A stretch of 64,000 nucleotides of DNA from an uncultured candidate division Zixibacteria bacterium. GTDB lineage: Bacteria > Zixibacteria > MSB-5A5 > UBA10806 > 4484-95. The notes under the pieces were generated by a model. It saw only the letters and a program-made list of their open reading frames with translations. It made no database searches and was not told the origin of the DNA. Positions 9,670 to 20,044 of this stretch are shown here, piece by piece (positions within the stretch are counted from its first letter, which is position 1; every line of letters starts with the position of its first letter). Made by a program: the position numbers and the translations under genes. Location: contig CAXXKA010000008.1 in the NCBI GenBank assembly GCA_963668625.2, positions 352,001 to 416,000 on the forward strand. The letters are read 5' to 3'.

Positions 9670-9955
9670 TAATTATTTAATTATTTATTTGCGTATTTCT
9701 TTATCTAGCAATAAATTAAGTTGATTTATCGTCCATTATTCCGATCCGTTGACTGATACTTCCGGGTATACATGGTATACGGTGTTTTTATAAAAACACA
9801 TACTAAACGAACAAATGACACAATTCAATCCCTTCCTCGACAATGACATCCCTATACTGCCTCCTCCCCCCCAAAAACATTCACCTTGCCCTCCCCACCC
9901 TATTCCCCCTATATTCGCCGCGTGAAATCGTAAATCGGGAAGGAATGAATCCGTT

Positions 9956-11173
9956 ATGAGTATAAACGTAAATCTCCAACATATACAACAGGCGCTAGAA
10001 ACTCTCAAACCTGTCATTAAACACACACCTACAGTGGCCTCCAAAAGCTTCTCGGAGATGGCCGGGCGTAAAATCCATCTCAAGCTGGAAAATTTGCAGT
10101 CCACCGGCTCATTCAAGATACGCGGGGCTTTCAACCGTATCAACGCTATCGAGGAGGCCGATAAGGCTAAAGGCGTCGTCTGCGCCTCGGCGGGTAACCA
10201 TGCCCAGGGGGTGGCTTTCGCCTCCACCCGCGCCGGTATCAAAAGCACGATCTTTATGCCCTCGTTTACGCCGGCGCTGAAAGTTATCGCTACCAAAGGC
10301 TATGGCGGACAGGTCCGGCTCGCGGGCGCCAGTTTCGATGAGGCCAAGGCGGCCGCTATCGAGCATGTCGAGAAAACCGGCGCAATATTCATACCGCCTT
10401 TCGATGATGACCTCGTTATCGCCGGGCAGGGGACAATCGGGCTGGAGGTCCTGGAGGATGTCGCCGGTGTCGATACGGTAATCGTGCCCGTTGGCGGCGG
10501 CGGACTTATCGCCGGAGTGGCGCTGGCAATCAAACTCAAGCGTCCCGATATCCGGGTGATCGGTGTAGAGGCCGAAGGCGCGGCCGCCATGAAAAACTCG
10601 GTCGACCTGGGCGAGGTGGTACCGTTCGACAACGTGCATACTATCGCTGATGGCATCGCCGTAAAAACACCCGGTGCGAAAACGTTCGAGATCATCCGGG
10701 AGTACGTGGATGATATACTCACGGTCTCCGATAACGAGATCGCCCTGACCGTGTACCATCTGTTACAGCGCGCTAAAATACTGGCCGAGCCCGCAGGCGC
10801 TGTCGGCCTGACGGCGGCTCTGTACAAGCAGGCCGCTATCGAAGGTGAAAACGTGGTTTGCCTGATAAGCGGCGGTAATATCAGGATGGACCTTCTGCAG
10901 CAAATACTGGAAAAAAGTTTACTGGAAAGCGGCCTTAGAATCAGGATGGAGATTATTATTCCCGATGTTCCCGGGAAGCTAAACGACATCGTCTCTGTGC
11001 TCGATAAACTCAGCGCCAATATTTACGAGATCGATCATGATCGCAACACGACAAAGGTGGCGGTAGGTTTCGTGCGGGTGACAATTTCGTTCCATGTTCA
11101 ACAAAACGATCAGATAGAGTCGATCAAGGCTGAGTTCAGAAAACGGAAGCTGAAATATAAGATATGTAAGTAG
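9956..11173 (+). CDS. ilvA: Threonine ammonia-lyase with a single C-terminal ACT domain
   Basis: KLENLQSTGSFKIRGA, SAGNHAQG, GQGTIGLE, GGGGLIAG, ISGGN; ACT PDVPGKL. Confidence 0.93.
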   Translation: MSINVNLQHIQQALETLKPVIKHTPTVASKSFSEMAGRKIHLKLENLQSTGSFKIRGAFNRINAIEEADKAKGVVCASAGNHAQGVAFASTRAGIKSTIFMPSFTPALKVIATKGYGGQVRLAGASFDEAKAAAIEHVEKTGAIFIPPFDDDLVIAGQGTIGLEVLEDVAGVDTVIVPVGGGGLIAGVALAIKLKRPDIRVIGVEAEGAAAMKNSVDLGEVVPFDNVHTIADGIAVKTPGAKTFEIIREYVDDILTVSDNEIALTVYHLLQRAKILAEPAGAVGLTAALYKQAAIEGENVVCLISGGNIRMDLLQQILEKSLLESGLRIRMEIIIPDVPGKLNDIVSVLDKLSANIYEIDHDRNTTKVAVGFVRVTISFHVQQNDQIESIKAEFRKRKLKYKICK

Positions 11174-11473
11174 TCAATATCTCCAGCGGCCTGGCTGACC
11201 CGCACTTGTAATCACAAACGTGAATCGAATGAAATGCCGGCGTTACGCGATTAAGCGATGTGCAGGTTAATTCGTTCGCTGTCACTTTCGGATAAACCTG
11301 GTTCGCTATCGAACCCATAAGGCGCTCCGGTTTCTTTCTGAATGAGCACGTAAGCGGTACATATCCTAATGCCATATATTTATTGACCGATAATATCTTT
11401 ATTGTTATCTTGTAAATGACAAATCGCTTCGACCTCATTGAAGCTAAACATCGATACTATTGCAGGGGAAATT

Positions 11474-12634
11474 ATGAACAAATATCACCGACATCTCGCC
11501 GCCGTATTCGCGATCGTATGCGTACTAACCTCCGGGCTTGCCGCCCAAACTACCCTGGCAATACTCGATCTTGACCCGAAAAATATATCAACCGTTGCTG
11601 CTGATGCTTTAGGCGATCGCCTGCGTGACGAACTGGTTGTCTTGAACAAATTCAAAGTAATCGCTCGGGATGTCATGATGAATAAACTCCTCGAGGAGCA
11701 AAGCCTTCAACTTTCGGGTTGCACCTCGACCGAATGTATCGTTCAGGCAGGCAATATATTGGGAGCAGAGAAAGTCGTAGGCGGAAGCGTGAGCAAGGTT
11801 GAGGGCGTTTATTATGTCTCGATTAAGATAGTGGATGTCGAAACCGGGCAGATACTCAAAGCGGTTCCGTACGATTTCAATGGTGATATCAGTGACCTTC
11901 TGCAAAAAGGCATGAAAGAAATTGCTTACAAATTGAGCGATGTCGCGATACCCGGTGATACCGTATCGACCGGGAAAACACTTACGCAGAAACCGGTTTA
12001 TGATCAATCCGTAGAACGTAAAACCACACCGTTTAGAACCAGGAATACTAAAACACTTCCCCGGAAAGTCCGGTACAAGCTGGTGCCGGAGTTCGGGATG
12101 GTATTTCATGAGGATTTAGGTGAGGGAAAAGTTCAAGGTTCATCCGGCTATGGTTGCTCCTTAGATTTCGGAGTCGGTCGGGGCTTTACCCTGGGGCCGG
12201 AATTTTACTACGCCAAGTTGATGGCCGAGGATATATCCACGATGGACAGCAGTTACGCCAGATATCACGATAAATCATCACTGGTGATGTTCGGCCTGGT
12301 CGGTAAGCTATCGCTTTACGAAAACACCACCTCGATGAAAACCACGTTCAGCCTCGGCTATGCCAAGATGGAATATAACTATCGCACCGAACGCGAACCC
12401 GGCTTATACGGTGACGAAAAGATCGAAACCAAGGGTAATTTGTATGTCGGGTTCGGTGTTTACCTGGAATTACTCTCGAGCAGCGCTATCAATCTGTACA
12501 GTTGTTTCGATTACTCGATAATATTTCCACCGGGATACGAGACTACTTATTCCTGGCACGAAACCGATGATACGAACGATCAAGTGAAGCTATACCGCCT
12601 GATAGTAGGAATATCGTTTGCGAGTTTCAATTAG
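11474..12634 (+). CDS. Secreted protein: CsgG/HfaB-like N-domain plus C-terminal outer-membrane beta-barrel-like domain
   Basis: Signal peptide; LAILDL..., LLEEQSLQLSGCTSTECIVQAGNILGAEKVVGGSV..VDVETG; aromatic beta-strand C-half. Start set at ATG 11474. Confidence 0.7.
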   Translation: MNKYHRHLAAVFAIVCVLTSGLAAQTTLAILDLDPKNISTVAADALGDRLRDELVVLNKFKVIARDVMMNKLLEEQSLQLSGCTSTECIVQAGNILGAEKVVGGSVSKVEGVYYVSIKIVDVETGQILKAVPYDFNGDISDLLQKGMKEIAYKLSDVAIPGDTVSTGKTLTQKPVYDQSVERKTTPFRTRNTKTLPRKVRYKLVPEFGMVFHEDLGEGKVQGSSGYGCSLDFGVGRGFTLGPEFYYAKLMAEDISTMDSSYARYHDKSSLVMFGLVGKLSLYENTTSMKTTFSLGYAKMEYNYRTEREPGLYGDEKIETKGNLYVGFGVYLELLSSSAINLYSCFDYSIIFPPGYETTYSWHETDDTNDQVKLYRLIVGISFASFN

Positions 12635-12685
12635 TAGAGTTATCGATAAAGATTGTAACGCGCCGCGATCCTGATTCCAGCGAAT

Positions 12686-14212
12686 TTAATTTATCTTATA
12701 TAATTTATGTTTCAGTGGTTCGAAATGTTTGAGTAACGTGAACCTGCTATCATCAACCTTACCGTTATAAATATCCCCAAATGAAATTAAAGATAGGGGG
12801 ACCAGCAGATAATTAGCATCATATTTCTTTGAAACAGTGTAAATAGTATCAGGACTACCTTTGGGAATCTGCAAAGTTTTATATCCGAACGAATGGTTGA
12901 TCTCCCAGGGCCAGCGGGTCATTATTATTATTCGACCATCATCATCCGCGTCCTCTTCGATAGCATTTATCACATCCTCCTGAAAACTAACCATCGATAT
13001 ATGACCTTTCCTCAAACTATAGGCGCAGTATGATGATTCCGAAATCAGGATCATCGTCAAAAAGATAACGGCAAGCCATCTGATTTTACTTGAGTTTAAG
13101 TATTTCCTTAACGTGCTTATGGCGATAATAACGGCGAACGGTACCATCACCATACCGCTTCTCAGGAAACCGCCGAATACGCTGATATAAGTCGTGATAA
13201 ACGAGTAAATAAGATAAAGCGATACCACGAGAATCAACGGCGGCAGGTATTCGTTTCGCCAGACTCGTTTTTTTGAATCAATTAACCAACCGCCTATACC
13301 GGCTAAGGCCATAATCCAAAGAAAACTGCCCAGGTACTTATAGATGATTTTCGAATTGAACAGACCGACTTTGATTTTATCCATAATGATTTTAGATATA
13401 CCTAAATCCATAAAAGTCCTTAATGAGATATCACCGGTATAATTATAAAAATCGAAATACTCTGTGAAAAACGGTGTCCGGGCAGCACAGCCTGTCAGCG
13501 GAGTTCCTAGATGGACATAGTTCAAAACCATCAATGGCGAAAGCGTCAGTACATAAGCCGCTGTTGCTATCAGCCCGTATTTTATCGCTTTTCTCGCGGG
13601 ATAAATAATTGCTATGTAGATAATAATCGTGATAAACAGCAATACGCCATCCTGACGGGTCAGGTGAGCCAGGCCGCCCAAAAAGGCGGCTAGAATCAGG
13701 GAAGTTAATTCGTCTCGACGTGTTATAAGAAAATATAAACTACTGCATACGAACAGAACGTAATACACCGGTGAATCGGGGCCTATACAGAACGTGGAAT
13801 AAGTCGGCGTCCAAATTACGATACCGGCTGAAACGGCCGAAACGAAATCCGAGCCGGTGAAAAATTTGGCCAGCTTATATGTAACATAGCCCGTGAGCAA
13901 AGAGGCGATAGTCGCCGGAATAAGGGCAATGAACAATGACTTGCCGAACACGAACATGAATATTGCCATTATCACCGAGGCGAGCGGCATCCAGTAATCG
14001 TTGGCGTAATGAGTGATTTGATCTGGAATAGACATGTAATGGCCGATAAAATCAACCACGAAACCTCTTCCAGAGGCGAGATTTTCCGCCAGTATATAAT
14101 AATAGGAAGAATCGCCGACGCCGGGATGAACCTCTATAGCGATATAGAATAGTTTCATGATAAAAGCCAGCACGAACGTAGCGATAAGATAATTTCTGCA
14201 TGATCTATTCAT
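12686..14212 (-). CDS. GT-C fold membrane glycosyltransferase (ArnT/PMT family)
   Basis: GDSSYYYILAENLASGRG, YWMPL, LAHLTRQDG; many transmembrane segments. Confidence 0.8.
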   Translation of the reverse strand: MNRSCRNYLIATFVLAFIMKLFYIAIEVHPGVGDSSYYYILAENLASGRGFVVDFIGHYMSIPDQITHYANDYWMPLASVIMAIFMFVFGKSLFIALIPATIASLLTGYVTYKLAKFFTGSDFVSAVSAGIVIWTPTYSTFCIGPDSPVYYVLFVCSSLYFLITRRDELTSLILAAFLGGLAHLTRQDGVLLFITIIIYIAIIYPARKAIKYGLIATAAYVLTLSPLMVLNYVHLGTPLTGCAARTPFFTEYFDFYNYTGDISLRTFMDLGISKIIMDKIKVGLFNSKIIYKYLGSFLWIMALAGIGGWLIDSKKRVWRNEYLPPLILVVSLYLIYSFITTYISVFGGFLRSGMVMVPFAVIIAISTLRKYLNSSKIRWLAVIFLTMILISESSYCAYSLRKGHISMVSFQEDVINAIEEDADDDGRIIIMTRWPWEINHSFGYKTLQIPKGSPDTIYTVSKKYDANYLLVPLSLISFGDIYNGKVDDSRFTLLKHFEPLKHKLYKIN

Positions 14213-14314
14213 AACAGTAAAACATTCCTCGATAATATATTAATTGGTTAATGATATGTTATGGCTGCATTTCTGGCAAATACATTTTAATGGAGATAGT
14301 AATTAACTTTAAGT

Positions 14315-14779
14315 TTACAGCTCCAATTCGAAAAAGCGAGCGCCCTCGTGAGGATTGTAACGATATGCTTCTATCTCATCGAAACCAAGCGAGTTATATA
14401 GGCTGATAGCCTTAGTCATCGAATCCATCGTGTCCAGGCGCATAGAGAGGTAGCCGTTATTCCGGGCGTACTCGATAATCTCATACGCCAGCCGTCTGCC
14501 TATACCCAGTCCGCGATGTTGAGGCATCACGTACAGACGTTTCATCTCGCAGGTTATTTCTCCGAGCTTACGCATAGCAACGCAGCCGGTAAGAACGTTA
14601 TCACGAAAGGCGAGAAATATCGTTCCGCTCGGCGGCTTGAATAACGTTCTGATATTTTTCAACTCATCCTCGAAATTCTGAAATTCCAGATCGAAATCGA
14701 GAGATTTGGAGTAGTCGATAAATAGTTTGCGGGCTAACTCGAAATGGGTTTCCGTTTCGGCCTTAATCAATTTAACCAT
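14315..14779 (-). CDS. GNAT family N-acetyltransferase
   Basis: CEMKRLYV.PQHRGLGIGRRL, MRLDT, AISLYNSLGF. Confidence 0.92.
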   Translation of the reverse strand: MVKLIKAETETHFELARKLFIDYSKSLDFDLEFQNFEDELKNIRTLFKPPSGTIFLAFRDNVLTGCVAMRKLGEITCEMKRLYVMPQHRGLGIGRRLAYEIIEYARNNGYLSMRLDTMDSMTKAISLYNSLGFDEIEAYRYNPHEGARFFELEL

Positions 14780-14785
14780 GATGTT

Positions 14786-14814
14786 AATATACTACAATTC
14801 TTATTCCGCTGCAA
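14786..14814 (-). promoter_or_regulatory. Sigma70-type promoter for the GNAT gene, probably leaderless
   Basis: TTGCAG-N17-TATATT, then 6 nt to ATG 14779. Confidence 0.55.
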
Positions 14815-15304
14815 AACCAATTCGACGTTCCGTTACGGCCTCGCTCAAGAATTTTTGTAACCGATTATTGTAGGAATTATTGATCTGGTCATAAACAACC
14901 CCGTAGAAATCATTGCATGATTTTTCATCTTTGATATCTATCTGGAATTCATCGGAGTCCTGACCGAGTTTAACGGAGAATACACTATCTATTTTCTTTA
15001 CCAGAAATGGCAGTATGATAGTTTCCTCGGGTTGGTCATCCAATTCGCCACAAAGGGTAAGCATGATACCGGTGTACCAGTAGGTATCCTGCTCGAGATG
15101 CATTGTCTCTTTAACCTTGTACATCTTACCGAATTCCGGTTTCTCTTTCAGAGGAGCGTACCTGATATTTTCTTTGGGGATTTCCATGTATTTTTTAAGG
15201 CCGGATACCAACTCCGCAATGAAATCGGCGCATTCGTCCCAGTAGTCGAAATAATTTTTACGGGCTACTGAATATACGTGACATAGTTCTTTATATTTAC
15301 TCAT
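14801..15304 (-). CDS. Hypothetical protein (about 167 aa)
   Basis: ORF with SD aggag before ATG 15304 (MSKYKELC); ends RRIGF. Confidence 0.75.
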   Translation of the reverse strand: MSKYKELCHVYSVARKNYFDYWDECADFIAELVSGLKKYMEIPKENIRYAPLKEKPEFGKMYKVKETMHLEQDTYWYTGIMLTLCGELDDQPEETIILPFLVKKIDSVFSVKLGQDSDEFQIDIKDEKSCNDFYGVVYDQINNSYNNRLQKFLSEAVTERRIGFAAE

Positions 15305-15430
15305 AGGATTGGCTCCTGACACTCAAATCGTGATTGTAGTTATTAATCAATATTACCTGTCGGTCCGTATTAACCGTTCCGAATCAAGGGATTTTCACCA
15401 ATTAAATTCGGGGTCATTGGTCTCGACAGT

Positions 15431-16543
15431 TTATCGTATAGCTTTCTTTTTGATTTCTTTCAGCAGTTTTTTCATCTCATCATTAATATCATCGTTTTTG
15501 ATATCGTAGTTCAAACCTTTCTCCAACTCCGCAACAGCAAGATCGTATTGGCCCTGTTTGTCGTACACCTCCGCCAATCGCCAATGGGCTCCGTAATAAG
15601 GAGGCCACCAGCCTTTTCGTTTGGAGTTAAGATAATTAATAAATATCCGTTCGGCAAGGTCGAGATCGGTATCACTGATAATAAGCAGCTTGCCTTTGTT
15701 ATATTGTGGTAGAAGGTTAGTCGAGTCCATGGCTATGGCTCTATCGAGCTGGGCTATCGCCTCGGGGTAACGTTGTTGTTGTTCGTACAATTCGGCCAGG
15801 CTGATATAAATCCGTATATTAGTCGAGTCGATATCCATCCCGACGAAACATAACGATTCAGCCTCGGCCTGTCTTTCGTGGCGGCTTAAAAAATATCCGT
15901 ACCAGAAATATGGATCGAGATTCATGGCAGTATCGCCTTTAACCGACTCGATAGCCTGCTTGAGCAAAGATTCGGCTTTTTCGAGATCGTTCTCGATAGA
16001 TTCCAATAGCATGGAGTGAGCCTGATATCCTCGTACGCTATCGAGCCGGGCAATCCTATCGGCCTGCTCGTAAGCTATCTTCTTATCGCCGCCGATGAAA
16101 CCGGGGGCTTTCATGTGGAATTGAATCAGGGCGTGGCGGGCCTCGATATTGGAGGTATCAAGTTCGACCGCTTTCGCGTATTCACGTTTACAGGCTTTGG
16201 CTCGTCCCGGGGCTTTGAAAAAACTTCCATTTTGGGCTTTTAGCCCCTTAGTGTGCCCTAACCATAAATGGTATTCCGAAACGGAATCATCAAGCTTGAT
16301 AGCATGCTCGAGGTGTTTTTCGGCTTCGTCATAATCCTGGTTCAAAAAATATATTTTCCCGAGCAGGAAATTCACTTCAGGATCATCGGGGGAGCTTTCG
16401 ATCAAGGTCTCCAATCGTGCAAGAGCGTCATCCCACCAGCCATCATCGAAAAGTGTCTGAATATCCTGTTTTTCGGTTGCGATTGCTATTGTAGAAAAAA
16501 TCATCAGTACAACCATTACAAATAATTTGGCGCCATGTTTCAT
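15431..16543 (-). CDS. Secreted tetratricopeptide-repeat protein
   Basis: Signal peptide after SD aaggag; repeated TPR pattern (LLGKIYF..QDYDEAEKHLEHAIKLD; LAEVYDKQGQYDLAVAELEKGL). Confidence 0.88.
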   Translation of the reverse strand: MKHGAKLFVMVVLMIFSTIAIATEKQDIQTLFDDGWWDDALARLETLIESSPDDPEVNFLLGKIYFLNQDYDEAEKHLEHAIKLDDSVSEYHLWLGHTKGLKAQNGSFFKAPGRAKACKREYAKAVELDTSNIEARHALIQFHMKAPGFIGGDKKIAYEQADRIARLDSVRGYQAHSMLLESIENDLEKAESLLKQAIESVKGDTAMNLDPYFWYGYFLSRHERQAEAESLCFVGMDIDSTNIRIYISLAELYEQQQRYPEAIAQLDRAIAMDSTNLLPQYNKGKLLIISDTDLDLAERIFINYLNSKRKGWWPPYYGAHWRLAEVYDKQGQYDLAVAELEKGLNYDIKNDDINDEMKKLLKEIKKKAIR

Positions 16544-16702
16544 GAAAACGCTCCTTTTGCGGTGGTTTGGTGGTGACAATAGGCAGCCACCATAAGAGAC
16601 AATAATTCGATCATCTAATTTTACTTGATTAGGCCGGGAAGGTTGCAGGGAATATCATCAGGCGATATTTTCCGATATAATTATATATTCAGCGTATCAT
16701 GC

Positions 16703-16855
16703 ATCCTGAAATGCCCTGCCGATGTTAGGCTTGGTGTTCTGGTTTCCAGGAGCTGCTTGTAAACCTGCTTGAGTCATGTAGAATACATTCCGCCGGCCAA
16801 CAAGCCATGTTGCGAAACAGCGCTTCGCAGCGAGATGGAAAGGCCGGACACTAGT
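16703..16855. repeat. Dispersed intergenic repeat (MITE/REP-like), copy A
   Basis: Shares two blocks, in inverted orientation, with 33686-33913; 35/38 identity over 16818-16855; ends ccggacactagt. Confidence 0.7.
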
Positions 16856-16925
16856 TATAATTTAATATTATTGATTTCTGATTTTTGATACTTATATGTT
16901 TTCTTTTATAGAAAAGTTAGAAGAA

Positions 16926-17651
16926 TTAATTCAGCCTGAACTTCTCGCCCAGGTATATCTTTCTGGCCTCGGGGTCGTTGGCCAGAAAATCGGCGGTGCC
17001 GGATTTCAAGATGTTGCCCTCGAAAATTATATACGCCCGGTCGGTTATCGATAAGGTCTCCCGCACGTTGTGATCCGTGACCAGCACCCCCAGACCCTTG
17101 TCACGTAAATCCTTGATGATTTTCTGAATCTCCTCGACCGTGATCGGGTCGATACCGGAGAAAGGCTCATCCAAAAGGATGAATTTCGGCTCGGTTACCA
17201 GCGCCCGGGCTATCTCCACCCGGCGACGTTCGCCGCCCGATAGGTTGTAGCCCTTGGAATCGGCGATATGCTCGACATCCAGGTCGCTCAACAGTTTCTC
17301 CAAACGTTCCTTACGTTGGCTTTTGCTAAGCGGCATGTATTCCAAAATAGCCATGATATTATCTCGAACGGAGAGTTTCCTGAATATGGACGGCTCCTGG
17401 GGAAGGTAGCCGATACCCTTGCGCGCCCGTTTGTACATTGCCAGATGAGTGATATCGTCATCATCGAACAACACCCGGCCCCGATTAGGTTTTATCAGGC
17501 CGGTTATCATATAGAACGAGGTGGTTTTCCCCGCGCCGTTGGGGCCCAATAGCCCGACTATTTCGCCTGAATGCACCTCGATGGAGACGCCATCCACAAC
17601 ATGACGTTTACGATATATCTTGACCAGCTTATCGGAGTACAGCTTACTCAT
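16926..17651 (-). CDS. lptB: LPS export ABC transporter ATP-binding protein
   Basis: [63 protein letters not shown]. Confidence 0.97.
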   Translation of the reverse strand: MSKLYSDKLVKIYRKRHVVDGVSIEVHSGEIVGLLGPNGAGKTTSFYMITGLIKPNRGRVLFDDDDITHLAMYKRARKGIGYLPQEPSIFRKLSVRDNIMAILEYMPLSKSQRKERLEKLLSDLDVEHIADSKGYNLSGGERRRVEIARALVTEPKFILLDEPFSGIDPITVEEIQKIIKDLRDKGLGVLVTDHNVRETLSITDRAYIIFEGNILKSGTADFLANDPEARKIYLGEKFRLN

Positions 17652-18204
17652 TTTCGTTGAACGTCTCCTTCTCCTCCTCGGGAATATCGAGCACCTTGCC
17701 CTTGACATCCCTTAGAATCTCCAGCTCCTGAAGGTTCCTGTCGCCTTTTAAGCCATAGCCGGTTAATATATCGCCGTTGGCGCGTTCGACCTCGACATAG
17801 TCATCTGTAGAAATTAGCTGAGTCTCGGGATCCCACAGCAGCGATTCGGTGCGCAGTATGGTCGAGTCCTCGTTTATGGCAATCACGTTGCCGAACACCG
17901 ACACTTTTTCTGTTTTCTCGCGGATAAGCCCCCGGTTGGCGGTAAGCGAGGATTGCTCTACGCCCTTTTCATCGTAAAAGTGAAGGTTTACCATATCGGC
18001 CTCGGTCGAATCGCGATTTTGCCAGCGGTCTATATGCTCGGCCTCCACCAGGACACTCTGCACGCCGTCCTCGGTAAACACGATCGTGGCGTCATCAAGC
18101 TGCGTATCAGGGTAGTTAGTGTTGTCCTCCACCGGTTGAGGGGAATCAGTTGAGGCGCAAGCCATAAAAATTAGCGGTAGTATTATTAAGATTAGCTTTC
18201 TCAT
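17644..18204 (-). CDS. lptC: LPS export periplasmic protein LptC (lipoprotein-type N-terminus)
   Basis: FMAC lipobox; [31 protein letters not shown]; position directly upstream of lptB. Confidence 0.85.
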   Translation of the reverse strand: MRKLILIILPLIFMACASTDSPQPVEDNTNYPDTQLDDATIVFTEDGVQSVLVEAEHIDRWQNRDSTEADMVNLHFYDEKGVEQSSLTANRGLIREKTEKVSVFGNVIAINEDSTILRTESLLWDPETQLISTDDYVEVERANGDILTGYGLKGDRNLQELEILRDVKGKVLDIPEEEKETFNENE

Positions 18205-19097
18205 TTCGTCTCGTTTTCTCCCGGCGGTCTGTGACGCCATCTGTTATGCACCCATACCCATTGCAGGGGATCGTACATTATCAATTGCTCGATCGCTTTG
18301 TTGCATTCTATCAGCGCGTTTTTGATATCCTCTTCCTTATTATCACTCCATACGAGATTAAGTTCCGGTAATATCCGTATTATGTATGTATCGTCAGGTT
18401 GACGGTATATCGCCATAGGCAAAACCGCCGAACCGGTTTTTCTGGCGATGAACATCGGACCGGCCGCGGTTAACGCCTTTTTGCCGAAAAAGTCTATGAA
18501 ATAACCGCTTACACGGGTCGAGTCCTGATCCAAAAGCACCCCGATAGCGTAGTTGTTTCTTAAATCGCTTATGATAGTTTTTATGGATGATGTAGTAGGG
18601 ATATTTTTCATCCCCAGTTTCGAGCGTTGATCGATTAACATCGTGTTAAATCGTTTATCGTACAACTCCCGGCCGATCACCGAGATATCATGTTTTTTGC
18701 AATGACCGAACCAGGCCGCCAATAACTCGAAATTGCCAATATGCCCGGTTAAGGCAAGTATCCCTTTGCCTTTTTCCAGGGCTTTAGTGAAATTCTCGTA
18801 ACCCTCGACTTTAACCAGCGAACTCATGAACGCGGGCGACCAGTACCCCATCCTGAGGGCATCCACCAGGCTTTTACCGATATTTTCGTATGTGGCTCGC
18901 ACATGAGCCTTAAGCTGGTTATCCCTGTACCCAAGCACGTCCCCCATTTGCTTATGCGCCATATTACGGTCTTTGGGGATAATCAGATACCATATTTCAC
19001 CGATTACGCCGCCCAGCCTGATCGCCCACTCGCGCGGCAGGGCGTTCAAGAATTTGATTACGGCAATCGCGATATAATATATGATATCGTTTTTCAA
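18201..19097 (-). CDS. Lipid A late acyltransferase (LpxL/HtrB family)
   Basis: GHIGNFEL, LLDQD, DFFGK.A, PLQWVWVHNRW. Confidence 0.9.
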   Translation of the reverse strand: MKNDIIYYIAIAVIKFLNALPREWAIRLGGVIGEIWYLIIPKDRNMAHKQMGDVLGYRDNQLKAHVRATYENIGKSLVDALRMGYWSPAFMSSLVKVEGYENFTKALEKGKGILALTGHIGNFELLAAWFGHCKKHDISVIGRELYDKRFNTMLIDQRSKLGMKNIPTTSSIKTIISDLRNNYAIGVLLDQDSTRVSGYFIDFFGKKALTAAGPMFIARKTGSAVLPMAIYRQPDDTYIIRILPELNLVWSDNKEEDIKNALIECNKAIEQLIMYDPLQWVWVHNRWRHRPPGENETK

Positions 19098-20044
19098 ATT
19101 ACTTTCGCCTGTAAAATATCGTGCATGTGAATTATACCTACTATTTTCTTCTTATCAGCTACTACGAGACAGGTGATTTTATGTTTCTCCATTACATTCA
19201 ATGCCTGTACGCAGAGTTTTCCCGGCGCGATAGTTTTCGGATCGACTGTCATGACATCCAGCGCGTTCATGTCATCCAGAGGCAGTTTCTTCTCTATTGC
19301 CCTCCTAAGGTCGCCATCAGTAATGATTCCCAGCAGGTGATTCGTGTCATCGGCAACCGTTGTTACGCCCATGCGTTTGCCGGTGATCTCGAGAACCAGC
19401 TCGGAAAACGGCGTATCACCTTTAACCAGCGGAATCTCATCGCCGGTATGCATGAGTTGTTCCACTTTAGTAAGGCTCCTACCGATAGTACCACCGGGAT
19501 GGAATTCGGCGAAATCATCCTCGGTGAAACCGCGTTTCTCCAGAAGCACCATAGCCAGGGCATCCCCCATAACCATAGCCGCGGTAGTGGAGGAAGTAGG
19601 CACGAGATTTATCGCGCAAGCCTCTTTCGGCACGGAGGCGTCCAGCGCGACCTCGGAGTCGCGAGCCAGTGGTGAGTTCATATCCCCGGTTATCGCAATG
19701 ACCGGTACCATCAGACGTTTGAACGAGGGCAACACCTTGTTGATCTCCTCGGTATCGCCGGATTTGGATATTGCTATCAGTAAATCCTCGCCGCGGACTA
19801 CGCCCAGGTCGCCGTGTATACCCTCCGCTGGATGGAAAAAGAAGGCGGGTATACCGATCGAGGAGAATGTCGAGGCTATTTTCTTGGCTACTATCCCCGA
19901 TTTACCCATGCCGGTTACTATCACCCGGCCGGTCGTCTGATCTATCAGGTCGACAGCGCGGCCGAAATTGTCATCCAGCTTATCGATAAGTCCGGATATC
20001 GCCTCGGCCTCGAGTTTTATTATCTGTTTGGCTCTTTCAAGCAA
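19094..20044 (-). CDS. kdsD: Arabinose-5-phosphate isomerase (SIS plus CBS pair)
   Basis: GMGKSG, HPAEGIHGDLG, PTSSTT, FHPGG, C-terminal CBS domains. Confidence 0.95.
   Translation of the reverse strand: MLERAKQIIKLEAEAISGLIDKLDDNFGRAVDLIDQTTGRVIVTGMGKSGIVAKKIASTFSSIGIPAFFFHPAEGIHGDLGVVRGEDLLIAISKSGDTEEINKVLPSFKRLMVPVIAITGDMNSPLARDSEVALDASVPKEACAINLVPTSSTTAAMVMGDALAMVLLEKRGFTEDDFAEFHPGGTIGRSLTKVEQLMHTGDEIPLVKGDTPFSELVLEITGKRMGVTTVADDTNHLLGIITDGDLRRAIEKKLPLDDMNALDVMTVDPKTIAPGKLCVQALNVMEKHKITCLVVADKKKIVGIIHMHDILQAKVI

Noticed and set aside
6961-9880. att sites or target duplication flanking the dcd island
   Set aside because: The flanking G/C tracts belong to the neighbouring promoters; I found no convincing direct repeat or tRNA.
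9736-11019. Long antisense ORFs over ilvA (186, 216 and 239 aa), and similar shadows over kdsD, the S9A gene, hemW and the M1 genes
   Set aside because: They lie opposite well-supported genes in GC-rich coding sequence and have no motifs.
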